A DNA stretch of 64,000 bases, taken from the NCBI GenBank assembly GCA_943704425.1, contig CALSCP010002292.1:1-64000 (forward strand). Direction: 5' to 3'. Under the pieces are notes generated by a model that saw only the letters and a list, made by a program, of their open reading frames with translations, was not told the DNA's origin and made no database searches. A program made the translations under genes and the position numbers. The DNA comes from Ministeria vibrans ATCC 50519. Lineage: Eukaryota; Protista; Filasterea. The first letter of the stretch is position 1. Every line of letters begins with the position of its first letter. This document shows positions 41,775 to 54,880 of the stretch, in pieces.

Positions 41775-42676
41775 AGTGTGCTGTAGTGGACGCCTTGATT
41801 ACGCACCATGAGTGGTTTTTTGACGCGGAGACGTTTACCGATGTGGAGGAGGAGGGTGAAGAAGAGGGCGACGGCCATGAGGAGGACGAGCGAGTGGATG
41901 CTGAGGAAGACACTGGGGACTATTACGATTCAGTGGAAGGGGTCCAGGCGACGGCAGGAGCAGAAGCAGCAGCGGAAGCCGGTGTTGCGGCGACGACGGA
42001 TGTGGCAGAAGGTGGCGTGAAAGGAACAGGGAATGGGGAGGATGGTGTTGATGTGGGTGAGGACGGTATTTTTGATTTGGTAGACATTACCGGGGAGCAT
42101 GATGGTGAAGGAGAGATTGAGACAGCAGAGGGAGTTGCGGAGGCACAGTACGATGAGCATGGAAACTACGTTGACGAAGACAATGTGTACGATTGTGTGG
42201 CGGGAGAAGGCGAATATGTTGAGGATGAAGGGGAATACGCCGAGGAAGACGTCGAGTATGCTGAGGATGATGATGGAGAGTATGCCGAAGGAGAGTACGC
42301 AGAGGAGCAAGGGTACGACGAGCATGGCAATGCGTACGCGGCAGAAGAGGGCGAGGTGGAGTACGACGAAGATGGGAATGTGGTGTACGCGGAAGGGTAT
42401 GATGAGGGAGAGGTGTACGACGACGAAGAGTACGCAGAGGAGGGTGATGTGGAGTACGCAGAGGAGGGTGATGTGGAGTACGCAGAGGAGGGTGATGTGG
42501 AGTACGCAGAGGAGGGTGATGTGGAATACACGGAAGAGGGTGATGAGGGAGCAGAAGCGTACGAGGAAGAGGGCGGCGCGGTGTATGAGGAGGAGAAGGT
42601 GGCGGGCGTGGAAGGGTACGCGCAAGGGGCGGACGCAACGGAGGCGCATGTCGGCTATGGCGATGACGATGCCTAG
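40414..42676 (+). CDS. PH (partial)-RhoGAP protein with acidic Tyr-rich tail; 5' end missing
   Basis: YKKRPHVFR..YLLQA..MSQWVRAI (PH C-half); GIYRVSG, LKLYFRELPDPL, NRMAVSNLAIVFGPT. Confidence 0.85.
42428..42535 (+). repeat. 24-bp coding minisatellite (EYAEEGDV), about 4 copies
   Basis: gagtacgcagaggagggtgatgtg tandem copies. Confidence 0.9.
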
Positions 42677-42866
42677 TACGACACGGTCGCTAACCCACAG
42701 TAACTTTTTTGGTTTTCACTTTTTTTTTCTTGCTGACAACGTTTCGGCCTCTTGTTTGTTGTTTGTTTTCTTGACCGAATCTGTACAGAATTATAAAAAT
42801 ATTTTTCTTCCAATACTATGAGAGTGATGAAAGACGATAGTTCAGTTTAATGTACTGCAAAATGTG

Positions 42867-43930
42867 TCAGGACTGAGGAGTACTGTCATTAGTGGCAGCA
42901 GAGACGGTGGGTGCAGCATCGGCAATGGGAGCAGCAGTGGGTGCGACAGCGGTAATAATGGGTGCAGCAGCGACAATGGGTGCAGCCGTGGGTGCGACAG
43001 CGGCAATGGGTGCAGCCGTGGGTGCGACAGCGGCAATGGGTGCAGCCGTGGGTGTAGCAGCGGCAATGGGTGCAGCCGTGGGTGCGATATCGGCAATGGG
43101 TGCAGCCGTGGGTGCGGCAGCGGCAATGGGTGCAGCAGTGGGTGCGACAGTGGCGGTGGTTGCCGCAGTGGCAGTGATTGCCGCAGTGGCAGTGGTTGCT
43201 GCAGTGGCAGTGGTTGCTGCAGTGGGAGTAGTTGTTGTCGCAGTGGCGATGACTGTTGTGGCGGTGGGCTGTTTCTTGGGCATAAGGAGCTTTAGCACCT
43301 GCGGAGGGTAGAGGAGAGAAATAGGGCCAAAGTGGGAGGCAAACGCCGTGCGCAAGACAGTCTCCTCGTCAATAGACGAATGCTCAATGGCCAGGCGGTC
43401 GCACGTGTCGGCGACAATCACACGGAAGGGCGCCTAAACAAAAATAATTGATGGGTATGAGAACTTCAAAGAAAAAAAAACGGTCGATTGTGAAGCAGGG
43501 TATACCAGAAGAGCGCCAAAGAGCTTCTGAGCCTGTTGACGCTCGACGGGGTTTGCGTTGGGGTCGTTTGCGAGTCGCTTTGCACGGGCGGCGAGTGCCT
43601 CTGCGTGGGGCATGACGCATTCGCGCACGGCAACCGCGCCCATGGCGGCAAAGGCGTGGACGGCGCCAAACGCGGACGTGAGGGGTTTGGTGTCGTCAGC
43701 AACAGCCGCCAGCAGTGTCTTGCCCACACGCCGGCGCAGGTCGGGGTATGCGTCTGCAAAGCGATCGCACACGAGCGCACTCAAACGCGCCGCAAGCATC
43801 CGCAGCTCCCAGTGATCCTCCTGCGGCAGTCCACACAGGTGCTTGCCCACCACGCACGTCAAAATGGCAACGACAAGTTGGTGCAACTGTACAAGTGTAG
43901 AAGAGGGGACAAACACAATCATATATACTG

Positions 43931-44023
<93 letters not shown>

Positions 44024-45121
44024 TATATATAGACAAACAGAATAAAGTTCGTACGTAGGGATCGAGGTAGAGTGAGACATTTTCCAACAGGGCATTGGCC
44101 ATTTTCATCATGACAAGCAAAACGGGAAGATTGCGCAGATTGGACGTGACCTAAAGAGATGTAAGTCAGATACCGACAGAGAAACATCCACACATGATAC
44201 AATATTGCACTTACGCGGTCTGAAATGAACTGGGTAAAGTAGGGAAGTAGCTGGTGGAGACCAGGGTCGAGGCGAAGGGACTGGAGGGCTGGTTTGATAT
44301 GCGAAGGGTCGCCGCTGAGAATGCCCTGCGTCGTGCGGTCGAAGAACAGCTGCATTTCCCGGCTGAGTACGTGCCGCACGGGCGCGCGTACTTCTGTCGC
44401 GTCCGTCGCAGAAACAAATGTGCGTCCAACTGAGTTAGGGACAAAGTGTTAGAAGTATGGTGCGACCGTAGGATAAGACTAATTTTGGTACTTGGAGGGT
44501 TCTGAGGAATGGACGGCTGTACCCCGTCGACAGCAAGCCAGTGTGCTAGGAAGGGCCAGAAGAACAGTGGATCAGTATGCGCCGACTCGTGTGGCTGCCA
44601 TGGCTCAAGGATGTACCGGTGACGGAGATGTCGACGGGACAGGGCGGCAGTGGCTCGGCAAGAATCTCCTTGAGGTCTACTTCGTCGTCGCGCGCGACAA
44701 ACACCGCTTCGTGACCGGGGTCGTTTAAGCGTGAGAATTTAGGAAGATTTTGGTCGCTGGCGGCGTGGAATCCGTACGTGGGCTGCGCACAATGGCGTCA
44801 ATGAAAAAGAGTCGCACAATCATCTTCATACCTCCAAGTTTGCCGCACGCAGCGCGTTATTGATGTCGCCCGACGAAAGAGTCTGTCGCTTGCCATGGTG
44901 CATCATTTTCATCGCGTCCTGTGTCCAAAAGGGGCCCAGAATGAGCCGCGGGAGGGGAAAGCAGTTTCGGTTTCTCGAAATTGTGTGCAGCAAACCTGAA
45001 TCAGCGTGCGTAACCTCTTTTCCGTATCCTGGAGCAGTTTCGTTTGTACATCGTTGCTAGGCATGGCCAGAAGTTCCATCTCCGCAGAGCTGGTCACGAA
45101 TTCTCGAGGGAGGGAAGTCAT
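42867..45121 (-). CDS. TAF6: TFIID subunit TAF6
   Basis: Histone fold (DAMKMMHHGKRQTL..DINNAL), HWLAVDGVQP, DPGLHQLLPYF, DHWELR; C-terminal TAAPIA repeats. Confidence 0.88.
42900..43150 (-). repeat. 30-bp coding minisatellite (PTAAPIAAVA)n in the TAF6 tail
   Basis: gcagccgtgggtgcgacagcggcaatgggt tandem copies. Confidence 0.85.
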
Positions 45122-45237
45122 GGTGAGTAAAAAAGAGTTTTCATTTCTGAATTCGACTCATTTCGTATTCGATCTTTAAAGTCTTTTCAATCTAATATCG
45201 CTCACATTCACAAATCGATCTCTCAAAATAATTTACC

Positions 45238-46020
45238 ATGCCTAATCACACAATCAGCCATGTCATATTTGACATGGATGGCCTTATTCTTGACACGGAG
45301 CGGCTCTATTCAATCGCCACCCAGAAATTTCTTGATCGGTACACACTCAAACGATTCAATGTCACGCTCACTCACAAACACACACACACACTCTCTCTCT
45401 CTCTCTCCCTCTCTCTTTCTGTCGCTCTTGTTAGCTTTGGCATCACGTTCACTTACGAAGTGAAAGCACAGCTGATGGGCTCGCCAGGCTACCCTGCTGC
45501 GGTGAAGCTGCTGGAGTTGCTGGAGATCAGCCATCTGACGACGCCTGAAGAGTTCTTGAAGTGTCGCGATGAGGCTCTTCTCACGCTGTTTCCCGAGGCC
45601 CAGCTGCTGCCGGGCGCCGAGCGGCTTATTCGCCATCTGCATGCACACAAGGTTCCCATTGCGATCGCGTCGGGATCGAACACAAACTTTTTCGCGCTCA
45701 AGACAGCCAAGCACGAAGCGCTCTTTGCTCTCTTCATGCACAAGACTCTCGGCGACGATCCCGAACTGCGCAACGGCAAGCCCCACCCCGACGCATTCTT
45801 GCTGTGCCACTCGCGGTTTCCCAAGCCGCTGCCTGACCCCCAATCAGTCCTCGTGTTTGAGGATGCGCCCAACGGCGTGACAGCCGCACGCGCCGCCAAC
45901 ATGCATGTCGTTGCTGTGCCCGACCAACGCGCGCGCCCCGAGCAATTTAGCCATGCATCGCTTGTGTTGTCATCTTTAGAAGAGTTTCGACCTGAACTGT
46001 GGGGTCTACCTGCATTGTAA
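45238..46020 (+). CDS. PUDP: HAD-family pseudouridine-5'-phosphatase (HDHD1/GS1-like)
   Basis: FDMDGLILDTERLY, GKPHPDAF, LVFEDAPNGV, FRPELWGLP; intron 45339-45434. Confidence 0.9.
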   Translation: MPNHTISHVIFDMDGLILDTERLYSIATQKFLDRYTLKRFNVTLTHKHTHTLSLSLSLSLSVALVSFGITFTYEVKAQLMGSPGYPAAVKLLELLEISHLTTPEEFLKCRDEALLTLFPEAQLLPGAERLIRHLHAHKVPIAIASGSNTNFFALKTAKHEALFALFMHKTLGDDPELRNGKPHPDAFLLCHSRFPKPLPDPQSVLVFEDAPNGVTAARAANMHVVAVPDQRARPEQFSHASLVLSSLEEFRPELWGLPAL

Positions 46021-46139
46021 TCAATCAACTTCATTTTCACACAAAAGAAAGACACACACACGAAAAAAACCCCCCATCCTCACACACACACACACACAAA
46101 AGCAAACAAAGAGAGAGAGAAAGAGAGAAAGAGAGCCAA

Positions 46140-47395
46140 TCAAAGCTGGTAGCGCACATAAGGCACTTCGACATCCTCGCCCTCGGCATCGTTGCAGCAG
46201 ATCTCAAAGACAAGGAACTTGGTATGGGCCGGAATGTCCTTCTTGGAGACCACCTTGACCACTTCAGAGAGACTATAAAGTTTGTGTGAGTGTGTGCGTG
46301 TGCGTACGTGTGTGTGAAAAGGAGGGGAAGTAATGGGTGAGGTGATTAGACTTACGGCATAGCCAGACGCTCCTTCTTCTTGTCCTTGTTCATGAAGAAG
46401 GAGTACAGCATCGAGACACCGCACGAGAGCATTGTAATCTCCAGTTTGTGTTCCTTCTGGAAGTAGTCAATGAACCCTTGAAGAGTCATCGAACCACGCA
46501 CGTCAAATCGGTCCCACAGTGTCCATGTCGTCTCCCCATACTAACAAATTAAAACCACAACGTTAGGATGGAAAACAAACACAGACAAATTGCAACGAGA
46601 AAAAAGAAAGAAAAAAAAAAAAGCACACACACACACACAAAAATCAAACACAAGAAAGCAAACAGAAACCAAAAAATACATTTACCTTGTTCTGGACAGG
46701 AGCAATGGGCGTGGAGAAGGCAGCAAGAGGCAAAGCCAGGTTCACAAAGCCTAACAATAATAATAATAAATTGAAGTTAGTTGTTTCGTTTTTGTTTTCT
46801 ATAGGAAATATATAAAGATATACCATTCTTGAATGCATCGAGGTCCACCTTGGCCTTACCGGCCAGGAAGGCGACAATCTTGTACATCTCAAGGTTGACC
46901 AGACCGACCACAAGGGCGGTGGTGGTCGCAATGGCCGGAATGATCTTGCCGGCAATCAGCTTGGACTTGTGCTTGTCTGCCGGAGCAATCGCGTAGTTGG
47001 CTGCACGCACATTGGATGTCTATAGTATGTTATATATTAGTTCAAAAATACGGGAGAATTGACGGCGGAGGTGATCCTTACGGCTGTGATATAGTCCATG
47101 TGGAAGTTGGTATCGTCGTCCTTTTCAAACTCGTGGGGGACCATTCGGTAGCCGGCCAGCGAGCCTGGTGCTGGCAGTGACTTGATCATGCTCTCCAACT
47201 CCTCTGCGTCTGTCTGCGCACCTCCTTGGTCCTCCTTAGCCTCAGCGTCCGACACGTGGATCTTGACTCCCTGGCGTGGCTGGAATGCCGGAATGTTCAC
47301 GCCCTTGATTACTTCAACAAACTAAAACAAAAAAAACAGCAAGGGATCAATCTAAAATGAACGACATTTCACACACACACAGACACACACACACA

Positions 47396-47467
<72 letters not shown>

Positions 47468-48643
47468 ACAAAGACACACCACAAAGACACGCACACACGA
47501 AAGAAAGAGAGAGCGAGAGAAAGAAGACACACACAGCGAGAGACATACATCGAGAAACGTGTCATTAATGTAACTCAGTCAGTTACATATTATAGCTTGA
47601 TACGATGATCTTGGTGACGGCGACGGACGTGAGAGGCGTCGAGGGTGCGCCTTTCCAGAGGGTTGCATTGCCACAGACTGCACTGATGGCAAAGTTCCAG
47701 CCAAACACTGCGACAGGGAAGTTGAAGGCACTGATCACACCCACTACGCCCAGTGGGTTCCATTGCTCCATCAACATGTGCTGCGGTCGCTCTGAGGGAA
47801 TGATCTTGCCGCTCAGCATACGTGACAGACCCACTGCGTAGTCACAAATGTCGATAAACTCTTGCACCTAATGCAAAAGTAAACACAAAACATCACCACA
47901 TCTACGAATACTAAGCACTTTTCACAGACACTTACACACACACAAACATTGCAACATGCGTGCACCTTGTCTGTATCGGTGTGGCCCTTGAGGCCGTAGT
48001 TTTGCGCGTAAAGGTTGGCAGCGGACACAACAAACTCCATGTGAGTAGCATCCTCGCCATCAAAAGTCTGTGGTTTGGGGCATCGCTTAGGACCTGACCA
48101 GAAGGGCTGGCCCGACGACGTCACCTTCAAACAATATGAAAAGAAAGCATGAGAGTCACACACACATAAACATAATATCATTTGAAATGTGAATGCAAAC
48201 CTGGTCGGGAGGGAAGTTGAAGAGCAGCTGACGAATCTGGTTGTCAAACAGGTCTTGAAATTGCAGGCGAGCCCAGACAATGCAATCGTCAAAAGTGAGC
48301 GGGCGGTGGGTGACAAGCGCCTCCTTGATGGACGACAGTGTCTCCATGATCTAAAAAGACACGACACCAAGGGAAATGTTGAGTCGCACTCGATGCAAAA
48401 ACAAAACGTTTACCTGGCTTCCCGACTGCTTTTGGAGCTGTTCAAGGTAGTCTGACTGGCCAAGGTAAGCATTGACATTCTCGGGAGTGTTTGCAAAAAC
48501 CCCCTCGAATCTGTCGCGCGCCCACTGCAGCGTATGCTCGATAGCATTCGGAAAATTCTTCAGAGTGCAAATGGGAATAGACTTCTCCGGAGGGTCTTGC
48601 GATGACGAGTACGACTCTGTGACGTGCGGGAACACAACCTATT

Positions 48644-48680
<37 letters not shown>

Positions 48681-48691
48681 NNNNNNNNNNN

Positions 48692-48749
<58 letters not shown>

Positions 48750-49982
48750 TACCTGAGTGTTTCCTTTGGTACCGAGTGTTCCCGACTCAAGAAGAGGCTT
48801 GCCGTAGAACACGCAGCGACGATCCATGTACATTCGAGCCTCGACGTTGTCCAGGGCATTGGTGACACCATTCAGGCTGGCGAAAAAAGCGTCGTCGTAG
48901 ACATTCTCAGTGTCAACACCCACACGGCTCTGGTGGGCAATGACATTGAAGGATGGGTTCATGACCTTGGCGGCCGCTGCCGCAGTGTCCGACTTGAGCT
49001 TCTGCACGTCCCAGGGACGGAAGAGGAACTGGCGATTGAGATTGCTCTTTTCAATGGTGTCCATATCGGTGACGGTGACACGACCAGCCTCGCTCGCACC
49101 CAGTCCCATCAAAGCCCAGCACTTGAGCATTTCGCACCCAATCGCACCGGCACCCACCAAAAACTGATGTTGCGACTCCATCAGTGCCTGGTACTTCTTG
49201 CCAAAAACGGCAATCTGTCCGTCATAGCGCGAGCCCGTCATGGCATAGTCTTCTGGATCGACCATCTCGTCCGCGTCCTCCACAAGCGACTCGAGACTGT
49301 CAAAGTAAAGGTACTAGAGAGAAAAAGATTAATAATTATTAATTATAAGAAAGACGTTATTATTATAATAATAATAATAAACAGGAACGTGCGCTGTTGA
49401 TTTGAGCAAAAAGATTCAAAACAAAAACAATAAACCAAAACAATCCCAAAAAAAAAACACTCACTTGGACAATGGGGTGAAACTTGCCAGAGCAAGCCTT
49501 GAGGACTTCCTGAGCGGCAAATCCACCAATAAAAGAGTTCATTGGCGAGAGATTGCCCTGAGCCTGGTAGGCCAGCTTGGTGAGGAGCTTCTCGTCGAGC
49601 GTCTCCACCTTGGACGTGTCGGGGGCGGCGGCGTTGATCTCGGCGGCAATCTCCAGGACAGTCTTGGCATCGGCCGAGTTGCGCGGCGCCGGCTGACGAC
49701 CACCGTTACGCTTGGCAAAAGCGTCAAGTGCCTGGTAGCCAATGTGGAGCTGTGCGGGTCGGTCAAACTTAGCCCAGTCGGAGATGAGCATGTCGGGTGC
49801 GGCAAGCGACTCCTTGAGCGACTTGAACGTCATCGTCTTGGGCATCTTCACCTGCTTGGCAATGCCGCCACGCACATACGGCGAAAAGCCAGTGGTGTCG
49901 TCAATGGAGAATGTGTAAGGGCCCAGAACCTAAAAACAAAGTAAGAGTAATAGTTTTAATGAGTTAATAATATAATAATAAC

Positions 49983-50018
<36 letters not shown>

Positions 50019-51150
50019 TAAAATAATAATATAATTATGATTATCATCAGTATTATCATTATTATAATAATAATAATAATAATAATAATAATTATTATTG
50101 TAGTTGTTTTTCTATCTACCTTGATGGGCACAGGCTCGCGGTCGTTGATCTGCTCCATTCCATGAACCTCGCTGAAGGAGACATAGTCACCGTCTTCGAG
50201 GCCGTGGCGGGTTTCGTCGAGGCACGTGACGACGCCCTCCTTGTCCGAGGTGATGGATGCGACCATGACAGAGGTGGCAGGTTCGCCGTTGACGTCGTTG
50301 ATGACAAAATCTTTGCCAAAGTCGCAGAAGAGCTGGGCAAAGAGACCGCGCGTGTCGGCAATGACCGTGTGAGCGTTGTTGGCGCGCGCAGCCTCGTTGA
50401 CACGAAGCTGTTCGTCAAGCGACGAGCGTGTGAGCACAATGACCTGGAACTGGGCGACAAGCTCGTCGGTGAGCTCGCCTGTGTGCACCTCCATCTTGAC
50501 ATAATTGTTGAGTTCGGCAAGACGCGGAAGGGTCACTTCAGCACGATTTTTGCCAACATCTTCGGGACGCAGGAAGAACTGCGACGACAGATCGGCCATA
50601 GTGACTGCCTCCCTGTCGTGGATGGTGACCGACTTGACGCCGGCCAGCACGACATTCTTGGCAATCTCAATGCCCAGACCCGACATGCCCGAGATGAGCA
50701 CGTTGCTCGACCCCATCTTCTTCATCGCTTCATGGCCCAGGACATACAGCTACAGAGACGACACGTGAGATGCGGAGCCACGGCAGGTCGAGCGTCGATG
50801 CGTGCGCGCGCGCGTCACACACACAAAGAGCGCAGAGTGAAGAAACGCGAAGGTTTGCAAACAATGTATAAAAAAAAAAAAAAAAAAAAAAAAGAAGAGA
50901 ATGGACTCGACAGGCGTCGCCCGGACGAAGACACACTGGCACCATGTGGCACGGGGCCCTCTTCAGGCCTTCCAGCGACGCCGCGGGGTGCGCAGACCTA
51001 CCTGGCGGCTGTACAGGCCCTCGTCGATGCTATCTTGCGCGGTGTCCATTTTCTGTGAAACGGAAAAAAAGAAAAAAGAAAGGGCGAGAGTGTGTGTGTC
51101 AGGGATCAAGGTCGGCAGAGGGACGAGGTGGCACTACGTACTTCAGACAT
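46140..51150 (-). CDS. UBA1: Ubiquitin-activating enzyme E1
   Basis: [42 protein letters not shown] (catalytic Cys), [31 protein letters not shown]. Confidence 0.97.
47604..47867 (-). other. ALDH7A1: Orphan ALDH7A1 (antiquitin)-like exon nested in a UBA1 intron
   Basis: [56 protein letters not shown]; 264 nt, flanked by AG and GT. Confidence 0.9.
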
Positions 51151-51664
51151 GGTGAATGTTGTGATAGTTGTTCGAATAAAAATGATTAATTAGTATTAAC
51201 AAAATGATTGCATCTAAATTGCAATTGTGACGCTGACTCATCGCCTCAATCTATCCAGCGCGATCAGCCGTACACTCTACTGACTCTAGTGACTGTTTTC
51301 TAGTGGCAGTCGGCTCAACGTTCTACGCAGCGACAGTGTGTAGCTATGCGATCAGTGATATGATCGTATTTCCTTTTTTCTGGGCCGATCACAAAAGCCA
51401 TATCGTAAATGTTGATTCAGGCTCTCTTTGCTGCATTAAGGTGACAAGGTGTATTGGTAATTAGGTGGTATGCGTATCTTATTCTGATCCTCGATTCAGA
51501 GAACCTGAGTTTTTTTTTTTTTTTTTTTTCTCTTTTGGAATTTTGGTGACTCAATTTTTTCTTTTTATCATTTGTTTTGCCACTCTCTGCTGGTCCTTTA
51601 GAGGTGTGTCTGCCTGTGTCGGTTGTGTCTCGTGCGATACACGAGAGCACGGACAAGAGGCGTG

Positions 51665-54295
51665 ATGTCGAGCGCCGGAAGCGATGGAACGAGCGGGAGT
51701 GGTCCAAGTGAACTACAGGTCCCTAAGGATGCCAATGCCAAGCTGCGCAGCATGCGGCGCGTGTACTCGTTGAAGAAGAGCAACTTGGAGAAGTTGCGGC
51801 AGGCGTTTATCGAGAGCGGTGGCGACGAGAGCAGTGCGGCGACGGGTTTTCTTCGACGCGAAATTGACGACTTGACCAAACAGTTGAGTACGCTTGTGGC
51901 CGAAGTAGAGGCCCTCGAGGACGACTTGGCGCGCAAGCAGCAGGAGCAGTTGGCACAGCAACATGCTCACATGTCGCAGATGTCGTCGTCGTCGCCAGGC
52001 TCGCCTGCATCGCCCGGCCAAAAACGTCCGCAGTATGGACATCGCTACCAGGCGAAGCTCTTTCTCAACCTGGGCACTTCCTGTGGCTACTGCCACAAGC
52101 GTGTCTTCCAGGGGATGCGGTGCGATTTGTGTGATTATCGGTGCCACAAGGGCTGCGTTGCGCGCTCCTCGGATGTGTGCAGCGCCGAGGCCGAGCAAGT
52201 CTATCGACGGCTGCTCGCCCTCTCCTGTCCCACCACACCCATCGCTATCAATGCGCTCTCTGGAAAAGACCGCCAGCAGCAGCAACAACAACAGCTAGCC
52301 ATGCAAAGACACGAAGCACGGTCCGATGGCGACTCGGAAGGCGGCTCGCGCCCCAGCTCGGTCGCCACCGTGGTGTCCTCCCCCTCTAACACACCGACGT
52401 CTGCCACGCTGCCCGTCCTCGCCTCATCCACATCCCACCAACAACAATCGCATCACCACCAGCATCACCACGGCGCATCTCCAACGCCCAAAATACGCAC
52501 GTTGGGTGGCGGCAACGCCAGCGGCAACTTGAGCTTGGGCAGCCCTAATGGCAGTCAGGCGGGGTCGGGCACGGGTGTCTTTGACTCGGTCTCCCTGAGC
52601 AGCACTAGCACTGGTGCAAGTCGTCCGCCAGGCACCCCCGACAGTCTTCAACCGCCTCAGATGGTGATTCATTCGTCAGCTGATCCTGCCGATCGACGGC
52701 CTTCCGACGTGGACACACTTGACTCGACGAGTCTGCGCAGTTTCATCAGTGCGACGAGTCGCATGAGTGGACAGAGCTCGACGAGTGCACGCACGGGAGG
52801 CGACACAGCGAGTGCGGTGGGGACGTTGTCGCTCAACGGACTTACCATGATGGGTGACAGCCTGTCGGATGCGGGCTCGGACGACGAAGAAGGCCCGCGA
52901 GTGCCGCGCAACAGTAAAGAGTGGGAGATTCCCTTTGGCGATCTTGATCTGGGTGAGCGCATTGGGGCAGGGGCCTTCGGGACGGGTACGTTCAAGGAAA
53001 AGGGGAGAGCGAATACTGATGCTACAAATGGGTATTGTGTAGTGTACAAAGCGAAGTGGCACGGTGATGTGGCGGTGAAGATTCTCAAGGTTCAAAATGC
53101 ATCCGAGTCGTGTCTGCAGGATTTCAGACGGGAAATTGCTGTTTTAAGGTATAAGGCTGTACATAGTATGTTGTGTATGGTGTGCATGTATTTATGTCTT
53201 TTTGGTGTGTGTCGTTGTGGTGTGTGTGATTGGCGCTGATATTTGTGAAACGCAGGAAAACACGGCATCAGAACATTGTACTGTTTATGGGGGCATCGAC
53301 GGCACTGCCGCACCTTGCGATTGTGACGCAGTGGTGCGAGGGACGCACGCTGTACCGCCATTTGCATGTCGAGGAGGCGTCCTACACTATGATCCAGATT
53401 GTCGGCATTGCCTTTGAGATTGCCCAGGGAATGGAGTACGCTCTCACTGCCATATGTACGTGTTGTTCATTGCGGTGTTTGTATGTGTGTGTAGGTATTT
53501 GCATGCCAAGAACATTCTCCATCGCGACCTAAAGTCCAACAGTACGTACTCATCACATAGACACACAGGCACACTCACACTATTTGTTGTAGACGTATTT
53601 CTCAACAGCAATCTACAAGTGAACATCGGAGATTTTGGGCTGAGCACCGTGAAACAGCTGTGGGACGAGAGCAGCGCGGAGAGTGCACGCGTGTGTACTC
53701 CCGCTGGGTCGGTGCTGTGGATGGCGCCCGAGGTCATTCGCATGCCATCCACTCCCAACACTCCTGCCAGCGACGTTTACTCGTTCGGCATTGTCCTCTA
53801 CGAGATGCTCACTCGCCGCCTTCCATACTCTGATCGTGAACTTGCTCCAGACCAGGTTAGGGTCGAACAGAGAGCTTGTGTGTTGTGTAGTAACGCGTTA
53901 GTCTCCCTCTTCTTCTCTCCTTTTCTTTTCTGTATAGGTTATGTTTATGGTGGGAATGGGTCTGCTCAAGCCCGACCCATTGCTTGTGCTCAAGGGCAGT
54001 CCCCCAATGCTCGTCGTATGAACACACATGGACCATAATGAGGGAGACAACTGACCGTATGTATGTGTGGTTGTTGGTGTAGGAGCTAATGGAACACTGC
54101 TACTCACCCATTGCCGACTCGCGTCCTTCCTTCCGGCACGTTCTTAAGCTCGTTGAGAAGATTGAGAAAGCGCTAGTGCGCCTCAAGCGCGCCGAGTCGT
54201 CTCCTGGCTTCCAGAACAAGCAGCGCAAGCTACAGGCGATGGCGCGCAGTGTGGGCGTTTCAAGTGCAAGCTCAATCTCCCCTCTCACGCCCTAA
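51665..54295 (+). CDS. Raf/KSR-family kinase with C1 domain and no Ras-binding domain
   Basis: C1 ([18 protein letters not shown]); [50 protein letters not shown]; C-terminal KRAESSP. Confidence 0.9.
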
Positions 54296-54347
54296 ATCGC
54301 ACTACTATCCCTCTAATCTTTTTATCAACCTCTTTTTGCCTGCTTTC

Positions 54348-54533
54348 AATCACTTTGTTTTTGTTCTCCTCTCTCTCTATCACTTTGTTTCTCTCTCTAT
54401 CACTTTGTTTCCCTCTCTATCACTTTGTTTCCCTCTCTATCACTTTGTTTCCTATCACTTTGTTTCTCTCTCTATCACTTTGTTTCTCTCTCTATCACTT
54501 TGTTTCTCTCTCTATCACTTTGTCTCTTTCTCC

Positions 54534-54620
<87 letters not shown>
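54348..54620 (+). repeat. About 20-bp unit CTCTCTATCACTTTGTTTC (about 8 copies) followed by (CT)n
   Basis: Visible tandem array downstream of the Raf stop. Confidence 0.9.
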
Positions 54621-54623
<3 letters not shown>

Positions 54624-54880
54624 GCTAGATATTCTATTTCCATTCTCTTGTTGTTTTATCCCCACCCAAATATGTACAGAAAGTATTAATAATTTAATAT
54701 TAATATTATGATCAATACAAAAGTCAAACTGTGTCTCTCTGTCTTTGTCTTCCGATTTAAACCGTCACTTCCTCTTCTCCGTTGCATTCGTTCAAGCCAA
54801 AAGAATTTGCTTTTGTCATCATTTGTTGTTGTGTCATAGAAAGGACGGAGTACTGAGCCAGACGGAATTAAAATTGTACA

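Noticed and set aside
45339-45434. PUDP ORF reads straight through a 96-nt segment
   Set aside because: Ordinary stop-free 3n intron with GT-AG and (CT)n.
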